Assembly (NCBI GenBank): GCA_030428125.1 | Contig: JAUIBF010000002.1 | Coordinates: 15,910-79,909, forward strand | Reading direction: 5' to 3' | DNA length: 64,000 nt | From: a bacterium | GTDB lineage: Bacteria; Patescibacteriota; Saccharimonadia; Saccharimonadales; SZUA-47 | In this document: one piece after another, positions 54,962 to 62,030 of the stretch | Layout: the number at the start of each line of letters is the position of its first letter | Position numbering within the stretch: the first letter of the stretch is position 1 | Notes under the pieces: model-generated | Databases searched by the model: none | What the model was told of the DNA's origin: nothing | The model's input: the letters and a program-made list of their open reading frames with translations, nothing else | Position numbers and translations under genes: made by a program

Positions 54962-55405
54962 ATGTCTAAACTAAAAAGAATAATTTTAACTATCGCAGCT
55001 AGCTTAGGCTTGCTAGCACCTGCAGCTATGCCAGCTACAGTATTTGCTCAGCCAAGTATTCAAGAAGGTCTGTGTCAGGGTGCTGAACTGATGGTCGGTG
55101 CCACATGTCAGCAGGTATCGGACGCGGACGCTGCAGGTGGGGTCAATGAAGTTATAGAAACCGTCATCAACATCTTCTCTATCGTTGTCGGTGTCATTGC
55201 AGTCATTATGATTATTGTTGGTGGTCTTAAGTACATCACATCTGGTGGCGACTCTGGAAACATCACAGGAGCAAAGAATACCATTCTATACGCAATCGTA
55301 GGTCTTGTAGTAGTAGCCTTAGCACAAATTATCGTAAGGTTTGTTTTGACAGAGACTGGTGATTTGGGCAGTGGTAGTAGCGGTGGTGGTACAGGCGGGA
55401 TATAA
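54962..55405 (+). CDS. VirB2/TrbC-like pilin-like protein (paralog 7 of 7; mosaic duplicate of paralog 6)
   Basis: The first 86 nt and a 210-nt 3' block (55160..55369) are identical to paralog 6 (54396..54481; 54621..54830). The centre and the tail differ. Confidence 0.78.
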   Translation: MSKLKRIILTIAASLGLLAPAAMPATVFAQPSIQEGLCQGAELMVGATCQQVSDADAAGGVNEVIETVINIFSIVVGVIAVIMIIVGGLKYITSGGDSGNITGAKNTILYAIVGLVVVALAQIIVRFVLTETGDLGSGSSGGGTGGI

Positions 55406-55433
55406 CCACACCAATCTCTTGGACTAAATAACG

Positions 55434-55461
55434 AAACCTCTGGCTTTTAAACCAGAGGTTT
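55434..55461. terminator. bidirectional terminator between pilin array and hsp20
   Basis: aaacctctgg-cttttaaa-ccagaggttt is a perfect 10-bp stem flanked by A/T runs, between convergent genes. Confidence 0.6.
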
Positions 55462-55485
55462 CTTAACTAAACAGTGTTTGTTTTA

Positions 55486-55974
55486 CTAATTGATTTGAAT
55501 CTTCTTAACAGTATCTTGTTTGACTTTAGTGAAACTAATAGTCAAAACACCATCTTTAAGCTCTGCCTCAATCTCATCTTCTTTAACAGGAACAGGCAAC
55601 GCAATACTTCTACTGAATTCGCCCCAATAACATTCTTGTACGAAGTAGTTTTCTACTCCAGACTCTTCCCCTGCAGATAGCGTTCCACGAATACTTAAAG
55701 TATTATCAGCGATACTAACGTCTAGATCACTCTTGTTGACTCCCGCTGTTCTTGCTTTAACGATCAGTTTTTCTCGAGTTTCATATACGTCAACTGCAAG
55801 CTGTCCTGGAACAGCTTCTTCCTCATCCCATTCATCTGTCGGAGCTTCAGCGTCCTCCATTTCCATAGGTGCGTCTTGTTGTGGCTGATCGCCTAGGTCC
55901 GCCTCTTCACCCAAAAAAGCAGCAGTTAGCTCATCTTCCATTAATAAATCATCGTCGCGCGATTTTCTCGCCAT
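55486..55974 (-). CDS. Hsp20/alpha-crystallin family small heat-shock protein
   Basis: 162 aa. The acidic N-terminus is followed by an ACD: LAVDVYETREKLIVKARTAGVNKSDLDVSIADNTLSIRG...ALPVPVKEDEIEAELKDGVLTISFTK. Confidence 0.9.
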   Translation of the reverse strand: MARKSRDDDLLMEDELTAAFLGEEADLGDQPQQDAPMEMEDAEAPTDEWDEEEAVPGQLAVDVYETREKLIVKARTAGVNKSDLDVSIADNTLSIRGTLSAGEESGVENYFVQECYWGEFSRSIALPVPVKEDEIEAELKDGVLTISFTKVKQDTVKKIQIN

Positions 55975-56127
55975 AATGGGATTTCCCTCCTTAAAATAGT
56001 CTTGAATACAGATTTTGTCTCGCTAAACTTCTGTATTCTGGGCGTTTTTATGTTAAAAACAGTATAACGGACAGTTTGCAAGAAGGGCAAGTTTTGGACG
56101 CAATATTTACAACACAATAAACACAAC

Positions 56128-56802
56128 ATGACTATATTTGATAGCATAATTGGAATTGTTGCACCCCATATATGCTTGGGGTGCTACTCAGAAGGTTCTG
56201 AACTTTGCACTGATTGCATAGACGACTATTTTCAGCCTATGCAACCAAAATGTGCCGGTTGTTTTAAGCTATCTGATGATTTTAAAGTGTGTGAGTCATG
56301 CAAAAATTGGTTGCCACTAGCACATGTAACGATAGCAACGAGTTACGAAGGCATGTATGAAACCTTGCTCAAAAACTATAAGTTTAAGTTTCGTCGTCAG
56401 AATGCTCGTTCAATAGCAGAGACAATGACCAGAAGTATAGACAGCCATAGGTATTCAAATTATTTACTTTGCCCTATCCCAACGGCACCAGCTCGCGTTA
56501 GGTTGCGTGGGTTTGATCACGCCAAGCTAATAACAAAACATCTAGGTGATAATTTGAGATTAAACAGAGGAAACTTCTTAGGAAGAAACAGTAACGTCAG
56601 ACAGTTGGGGTCGAGCAGAAAACAACGCATAGAGCATATGAAGAGCGAGTTTTACATCAAGGATTCGGTTAAAGGTAAAAGAGTTCTTGTTGTAGATGAC
56701 GTTATGACATCCGGTGCGACACTAGCAGCCGCTGCAAAAGTTCTTAAAGCAGCTGGCGCTAAAGAAGTTTCCGCGGTAATATTTGCTAGACAAATTTACT
56801 AA
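56128..56802 (+). CDS. comF: ComF family protein (ComFC-type phosphoribosyltransferase-fold competence protein)
   Basis: 224 aa. N-terminal Cys clusters (CLGC...C..C; C.GC...C..C) form a zinc-finger region. The C-terminal PRT motif is VLVVDDVMTSGATL. Confidence 0.85.
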   Translation: MTIFDSIIGIVAPHICLGCYSEGSELCTDCIDDYFQPMQPKCAGCFKLSDDFKVCESCKNWLPLAHVTIATSYEGMYETLLKNYKFKFRRQNARSIAETMTRSIDSHRYSNYLLCPIPTAPARVRLRGFDHAKLITKHLGDNLRLNRGNFLGRNSNVRQLGSSRKQRIEHMKSEFYIKDSVKGKRVLVVDDVMTSGATLAAAAKVLKAAGAKEVSAVIFARQIY

Positions 56803-58235
56803 AAACTAATTTTATCAACGGGAGCAAAATCATCTCTAAGCACTATTCCCTCCCCCTGAACCGTAACCATATTTTGCTGATTTATTAATTGTTCAGCGCT
56901 AAATCTTCGTGAAGCCACAGTAATGTAGCCGTTTCTTTGCGCAATATTGTAAATATCTCTGGTACTGTAGTTCTTTGTTTGGAAAAATTCTTGGTATGTT
57001 CTGTTTATAGAACTAAGGATTCCATCCGGTTGCCTAGAAATTATGTTGGCAACTAACACGCCCTCTTCTTTTAGCGCACTAGATAATCTTTCGGTTGCCT
57101 CCACCGTAGCTAAGTGAAACGGAATAGTTGCTGAGTTATAAGCATCGACGATGATTATGTCGTAGCTGTTAGTATTATCATTTAAAAATGTTCTACCATC
57201 TTCATAAACAACAGAAATTTTATCAGTATTTTTAAATCCAAAAAACTCTCTAGCAATATCATCTAAAGCAGGATCAATTTCAACTACAGTGATATGTGAG
57301 TCCGGATATTTTTGGCTAAGTAGTGTCGGAAGTGTATACGCGCCCCCTCCAATCATAAGGATATTGTCTTTTGGTACATCTAACTCGTCTATTATCGACA
57401 ATATTTTGGTTGAGTAGCTCATCGCAGATTCTTCAGGGTAATCAGGATAAAATGCAGACTGAATCGTTTTGTCATCGGTTTTTAGTAGGTTAATGGTTTT
57501 ACCGTTTCTCACTTCTTGGATAACTTGATATCTGGTGTATGCGCTGTCTTTGTCCAACAGAGTGTTAGCCGAAGAGCTTCCTGAAAATAGTAAGGCGAAC
57601 GTAGTAAGCACCAGGATGATTCTCAAAGGAATCAATCGCTTAGTATCGGCTATAAAAGATGTCGCAAGCAATACAACTGCTAGAAACATGCTAATGTCTC
57701 TAGACCCAAAGTAGGAAAGCAAGAAGTATCCACTTAAAAAGACACCCATAATACTTCCAATTGCACCCGCTGCTTCAAGTCTCCCAATAGTTTCACCAGA
57801 GTTTTTTAATGACTGAACACGAATCTTAGCCAAGTGTGGTGAAATCATTCCGATTAGCATACTCGGGATACTAAAAAGGACGAAGGCTGCTAGTAGTGCG
57901 CTTATTCTTAAATCAAAATCACCCATTGCTATCAGCTCAAGAACAGGTTTGTGAAATAGGGACGACAACACAATAAGGACCGAAGCTACAATCAGCAACA
58001 GCGACAGATCGTCTTTTGGATTATCTTTGTCTGCCGCTTTACCACCAATCCAGTAACCGACAGATAGAGCGCCTAGTATCACACCTATCATGGCAGTCCA
58101 AACATATGTCGAAGTGCCAAAATAAGGTGCGATTAATCGGGCGCCAACAATCTCTAATATTAAAACACTTGCTCCTGTGAGCATTGCGATAATTTCGTAG
58201 CGCCAACTTTTTAGTTTTGTAAGTATCTTCATCAT
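56799..58235 (-). CDS. fused membrane domain / spermidine synthase-like aminopropyltransferase
   Basis: 478 aa. The N-terminal region has about 7 TM helices. The C-terminal domain carries ILMIGGGAYTLPTLL...VVEIDPALDDIAREFF...IIIVDAY, a class-I methyltransferase-fold spermidine synthase signature. Confidence 0.78.
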   Translation of the reverse strand: MMKILTKLKSWRYEIIAMLTGASVLILEIVGARLIAPYFGTSTYVWTAMIGVILGALSVGYWIGGKAADKDNPKDDLSLLLIVASVLIVLSSLFHKPVLELIAMGDFDLRISALLAAFVLFSIPSMLIGMISPHLAKIRVQSLKNSGETIGRLEAAGAIGSIMGVFLSGYFLLSYFGSRDISMFLAVVLLATSFIADTKRLIPLRIILVLTTFALLFSGSSSANTLLDKDSAYTRYQVIQEVRNGKTINLLKTDDKTIQSAFYPDYPEESAMSYSTKILSIIDELDVPKDNILMIGGGAYTLPTLLSQKYPDSHITVVEIDPALDDIAREFFGFKNTDKISVVYEDGRTFLNDNTNSYDIIIVDAYNSATIPFHLATVEATERLSSALKEEGVLVANIISRQPDGILSSINRTYQEFFQTKNYSTRDIYNIAQRNGYITVASRRFSAEQLINQQNMVTVQGEGIVLRDDFAPVDKISF

Positions 58236-58245
58236 TAAAAATTTA

Positions 58246-58357
58246 TGGCGGAGAGAGAGGGATGGCCGGTGAAAAACCGGCGGAACGAACTCCCGCGAGG
58301 GTTCGAACCACTTTCTGCAAAGAAAGTCAGAATTACCTAATGGTACTTCTGCCTCTC
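58246..58357 (-). other. tRNA-Ser 3'-end duplication plus ~95-nt hairpin-rich spacer (pseudo-tRNA or att-like scar)
   Basis: The 17-mer tggcggagagagaggga (rc TCCCTCTCTCTCCGCCA, i.e. T-stem 3' strand + acceptor 3' strand + CCA) occurs at 58246 and again at 58358 as the true tRNA end. The spacer contains GGTTCGAACC and four short hairpins. I cannot fold it into a cloverleaf because there is no GAGGG partner for the CCCTC T-stem strand. Confidence 0.35.
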
Positions 58358-58447
58358 TGGCGGAGAGAGAGGGATTCGAACCCTCGAGGCGATTTCTCGC
58401 CTACACACTTTCCAGGCGTGCCAGTTCAACCACTCCTGCACCTCTCC
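58358..58447 (-). tRNA. tRNA-Ser (anticodon GGA)
   Basis: rc = GGAGAGG-TG-CAG-GAGTGGTTGAA-CTG-G-CACGC-CTGGAAA-GTGTG-TAGGCGAGAAATCGCCTC-GAGGG-TTCGAAT-CCCTC-TCTCTCC-G-CCA. This is a class II fold with a 5-bp variable arm, a canonical T-loop and an encoded CCA. Confidence 0.93.
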
Positions 58448-58735
58448 TTACTCGCAGGGTGCGACTTAACTTCTCAAAATCACTCTTTGAGTAATTTTTC
58501 GCAGTTTGCTTCCTGCTCGCTTCAATTCTTCAAACAGCAAGCTTGGTTTGAAGAATTGGCTTTACTTGCACAGAACAAGTGTATCTTGTTGAACTATATA
58601 CTTCAAAGTGATTGCCGTGTTCTATTTCGAGAATCCTCTCTCGAATTTTAAATCGGCTACAAATATACAGAATATATTATTTTTTCAATTCTTATGCTTG
58701 TGTTATCTGTTGTAACAGATGTAAAATAGTACTAA

Positions 58736-59656
58736 ATGTCAGTCATTCAAATTGATGAAGTTTCCAAGCTATACGGCTTCGGTGACGCGACTACTGTCGC
58801 GCTCGACGAAGTTAGTTTGACAATTGAAAAAGGTGAATTCATCGCTGTTATGGGCCCTAGTGGTTCTGGTAAAACTACCCTGATGAATATTCTAGGCTTG
58901 CTGGATAAACCAACACACGGTGTTTATAAGTTAAACGGTCGTGATGTATCTAGGCTTTCAAAAATTCGGCAAGCAAAACAACGACGTGACAACATCGGAT
59001 TTATCTTCCAGTCTTTCAATCTGCTTTCCAAACTTACCGTTATTGAAAACGTTGCTCTTCCTCTTGCCTACAAAGGCACTAGGAGTAAAAAGCGCTTAAA
59101 AACTGCCGAGCGAGTCTTAGAACAAGTTGGACTGGCAGATAGAGACTCCTACCTCCCGACACAGCTATCAGGTGGACAATTACAGCGAGCAGCCATTGCA
59201 AGAGCTCTAGTCAATAACCCAAGCATAATCATCGCCGATGAACCAACCGGAAACCTAGACAGTGTTTCTGCTCGAGTAGTAATGGAGTTATTGAGTGAAG
59301 TTCACAAACTGGGTAATACGGTAATTATGGTTACCCATAACCCTTCGCTTACCCGGTACGCAGACAGAATTATTTATATGCTCGATGGAAGTATTGTTTA
59401 TGATGAATCAAGTGTGGTCGGCGACATACCGAGTCGTGTTCAAAGAGCAATTAACGCTCTTCGAAAATCTGATGACGATGAGAAATTGGCGAATGTCAGT
59501 GCCATGATGGAAACTATTCCTGACAGTTCCAAGACTCCCGAAAAGACTGACACTAAAAAGAAACGCAAAGCTGCCAAAAAAGCTCGCAAGGCCAGAGTGA
59601 AGAAAGCTAAGAAGTCAGAATCTAATGCCAAGGAGAAGTCGGAGGCTAAAAAATGA
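58736..59656 (+). CDS. ABC transporter ATP-binding protein (MacB/LolD/FtsE-like) with Lys-rich C-terminal tail
   Basis: Walker A GPSGSGKTT, Q-loop, signature LSGGQLQRAAIARAL, and Walker B IIIADEPTGNLD. The last about 70 aa are K/A/E-rich. Confidence 0.92.
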   Translation: MSVIQIDEVSKLYGFGDATTVALDEVSLTIEKGEFIAVMGPSGSGKTTLMNILGLLDKPTHGVYKLNGRDVSRLSKIRQAKQRRDNIGFIFQSFNLLSKLTVIENVALPLAYKGTRSKKRLKTAERVLEQVGLADRDSYLPTQLSGGQLQRAAIARALVNNPSIIIADEPTGNLDSVSARVVMELLSEVHKLGNTVIMVTHNPSLTRYADRIIYMLDGSIVYDESSVVGDIPSRVQRAINALRKSDDDEKLANVSAMMETIPDSSKTPEKTDTKKKRKAAKKARKARVKKAKKSESNAKEKSEAKK

Positions 59657-60867
59657 TTGGCGAATACTTCAAGATGGCTCTGAATTCAATTAGGGCAGCA
59701 AAGTTCCGAAGTGGACTAACTATGTTTGGGATTATTGTTGGTGTTAGCTCGGTGGTGACAATTGTGTCGTTGGGTGAAGGTGTCAGGCAGCAAATCACAA
59801 ACCAAGTCGGTGAATCAGGTGATTCACTAATTGTGGTGCGCCCGGGAAAACAAGCAGAAGCAAAAGTCATAAGCTTTGACTCAATTCGTTCGTTTACTCA
59901 GAATGCTGGTTCTTTGAGCGAAGAAGATTGGCGAGATACTGAAAAAGTAGAAGGTGTTGAATCAGTAGTGCCGGTTGGAATTATCAGTGGTGTCGCAAGC
60001 TATAACGGTCAAGACCATAACACGACTATCATTGCTAGTACATCCCGATTTCCTCTAGTTCTAAATCAACAGGTAGAATTTGGTTCATTCTTTACAGAGA
60101 ACGACTCTAAAAAACGAGTTGCGATAATTGGTCGGCAGGTTGCAGAAGAACTATTTAAAGAAAACGTGCCAATCGGAAAACGCCTAACAATTAGGGGTAA
60201 AGAGTTCGTTGTCCAGGGTGTATTTGAGCAACAAAGCTCGGGTACATTTGCAGCCGTTAATGTAAATAACGCAGTTGTTCTGCCGTATGACGCAGCGCGT
60301 GATGTTGGTAGCAGTATCCAGCTCTTGCAACTTTTTGTAGAAACTGACAGTCCGGAATCCGTGGAGCCTGTAGCAGAAGATGTAAGGGAGAGTCTAAAAG
60401 CAAACCACGCTGGTCAAGAAGATTTCTCTGTGCTAGAAAAAGAAGAGGCTCTGGAAGTAACAAACGAAGTATTCTATCAGCTTACCGTGTTTATCGCAGG
60501 AGTTGCTTTCATTTCCTTTATTGTTGGCGGGATTGGAATTATGAACATTATGTTCGCAACCGTCAGCGAACGAACAAGAGAAGTTGGTATCAGGAAGGCT
60601 GTAGGTGCGACCAACGGTCAGATACTCGGACAGTTTGTTATGGAAGCTGTAGTGCTAAGTGTCCTGGGGGGATTTTTCGGGGTTTTAATATCTTACATTG
60701 CTAATGGAATATTACGAGCCACTACCGACTTACAGCCAGTCATTACTCTGGACATAGCGCTGATCGTATTTGGATTATCGGCTGCAACTGGAATTATCTC
60801 GGGAATCTTGCCGGCAGCTCAGGCAGCACGCAAAGATCCGATTACTGCCTTGCGCAATGAGAATTGA
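59653..60867 (+). CDS. ABC transporter permease (MacB/FtsX family)
   Basis: 404 aa. An N-terminal TM segment, a large extracytoplasmic MacB_PCD-like domain, and a C-terminal FtsX 3-TM bundle with REVGIRKAVGAT. Confidence 0.9.
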   Translation: MIGEYFKMALNSIRAAKFRSGLTMFGIIVGVSSVVTIVSLGEGVRQQITNQVGESGDSLIVVRPGKQAEAKVISFDSIRSFTQNAGSLSEEDWRDTEKVEGVESVVPVGIISGVASYNGQDHNTTIIASTSRFPLVLNQQVEFGSFFTENDSKKRVAIIGRQVAEELFKENVPIGKRLTIRGKEFVVQGVFEQQSSGTFAAVNVNNAVVLPYDAARDVGSSIQLLQLFVETDSPESVEPVAEDVRESLKANHAGQEDFSVLEKEEALEVTNEVFYQLTVFIAGVAFISFIVGGIGIMNIMFATVSERTREVGIRKAVGATNGQILGQFVMEAVVLSVLGGFFGVLISYIANGILRATTDLQPVITLDIALIVFGLSAATGIISGILPAAQAARKDPITALRNEN

Positions 60868-61484
60868 TAACTGATACTAAATGCATGACTTTGCGGAGAT
60901 TCAATAATTTTCTTTCAGTTGTTGTCGTGTTGTTGGGTTTGTACATTTTTCTAACTCCACTTATCCCTAATATATTGTTCATGTTCAGAGATGATTCGCC
61001 AGAGGTCATCGCGCCGTATGGAGGCAACTTAGCTAAAGCTGTTGGTTCGGATTCCGATTCCCCTGTACCAGAAGAAAATAGAATTGTAATACCTGGGATT
61101 GGTCTAAACGAGCCAGTATACGAAAGCAATTCTATATCAATAATCAGTGATGGCGGTACTTGGCATAGGCCAAACTCAGTATCACCAACCGAAAATGGCA
61201 ATAGTGTTATCGTTGGTCATAGATTTTTCGGCAGTACGGTGTCTACTTTTTATCATTTAGATAAACTCCAAGATAATGAATTGCTTGCAGTCTACTGGAA
61301 TGGCGAAGAGCTTATGTACAAAGTTTCTGAGAAGAAAATCGTAGAAGCAGATGCCGTAGAGGTAGAGGCAGCAAGTAGTAAGCGAAAGCTAACTTTATAT
61401 ACTTGCCACCCTCTTTGGACATCTAAACAAAGATTAGTAATTATTGCGGAGCCGATAGAGCTGGATGGAGAGTCGGATGTTTAA
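60864..61484 (+). CDS. sortase family transpeptidase
   Basis: 206 aa. An N-terminal TM anchor, the catalytic His region NSVIVGHR, the TLxTC motif LTLYTCHP, and a downstream Arg (KQRLVI). Confidence 0.85.
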   Translation: MITDTKCMTLRRFNNFLSVVVVLLGLYIFLTPLIPNILFMFRDDSPEVIAPYGGNLAKAVGSDSDSPVPEENRIVIPGIGLNEPVYESNSISIISDGGTWHRPNSVSPTENGNSVIVGHRFFGSTVSTFYHLDKLQDNELLAVYWNGEELMYKVSEKKIVEADAVEVEAASSKRKLTLYTCHPLWTSKQRLVIIAEPIELDGESDV

Positions 61485-61596
61485 ATTCAAAGAATGGCAT
61501 AGAACAGTTATTATAGTTTTGCTTATTGTTGCAGCCGTTGGTTTCATTATCTGGACTAATGGAAATTATTCAGCAAACTTCGTTGACAGCTTCTAG
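61477..61596 (+). CDS. possible small membrane protein (39 aa)
   Basis: Not in the ORF track. MFKFKEWHRTVIIVLLIVAAVGFIIWTNGNYSANFVDSF. Its ATG overlaps the sortase stop (ATGTTTAA) and it has a single clean TM helix. There is no other support. Confidence 0.25.
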   Translation: MFKFKEWHRTVIIVLLIVAAVGFIIWTNGNYSANFVDSF

Positions 61597-62030
61597 TCTT
61601 CGCCACGTTCTATTTTGCGTTGTTCGGGAGTTTCGTCAGGGCGTGAGTAATCATCCTCTAACCTCCAAGTCGTACCTAGCTCTGGAGTAGAAACTTCCAG
61701 TACATCACAGTCAGTTATTCCTTTTAGTCTGTGCTTTTGACCTAAGGCCGTGGTGTAGCCCTTGCCGTTTTCTAACTTGGTTTCTATAAGTTCACCTTGG
61801 CTATTTTCCCAAATCACAGAGGCTTCACCGTTCATTAAAAACCAACTCTCACTTTTTTGGTCATGGACTTGGAGACTCAGCCTTGCCCCCTCTTTAATGT
61901 GAAGCACTTTGCCCATATAAGGAGCATCTTCTGGGACCCAGTGAAGTTCATGGCCCCAGGGTTTTTCTACCCTTTTAACGTAAGAATCATTCTTGAATTC
62001 ACTAGAGTCAAAAGTTGGCGCCTGACTCAT
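61593..62030 (-). CDS. cupin-domain protein (type II phosphomannose isomerase C-terminal-like)
   Basis: 145 aa. VEKPWGHELHW...GKVLHIKEGARLSLQVHDQKSESWFLMNGEA...GQKHRL shows the cupin motifs G(x)5HxH-like and PxG..H. Confidence 0.72.
   Translation of the reverse strand: MSQAPTFDSSEFKNDSYVKRVEKPWGHELHWVPEDAPYMGKVLHIKEGARLSLQVHDQKSESWFLMNGEASVIWENSQGELIETKLENGKGYTTALGQKHRLKGITDCDVLEVSTPELGTTWRLEDDYSRPDETPEQRKIERGED

Noticed and set aside
54396-55405. Diversity-generating retroelement (template/variable repeat pair) as the explanation for the diverged centre of pilin paralogs 6 and 7
   Set aside because: The substitutions between the two copies involve all base types (t/a, c/t, g/a, plus indels) rather than being confined to adenine positions. 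No reverse transcriptase ORF exists in the window.
37170-55405. Calling the T4SS region an integrative conjugative element or mobile_element
   Set aside because: I recognised no relaxase, coupling protein, integrase, transposase or flanking direct repeats. The neighbours are core genes (recF, hsp20, comF). I therefore did not annotate a mobile element.
58523-58558. 13-bp perfect hairpin caattcttcaaac-N10-gtttgaagaattg as a riboswitch or sRNA
   Set aside because: It is an isolated stem-loop about 180 nt upstream of the ABC ATPase gene. I recognise no conserved motif in it. It may be a terminator or operator, but nothing supports a specific call.
58262-58651. 129-aa + strand ORF from the track
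   Set aside because: It runs antisense through the tRNA-Ser gene and the duplicated tRNA end. Its sequence is low in information content (MAGEKPAERTPARVRTTFCKES...). It is most likely spurious.
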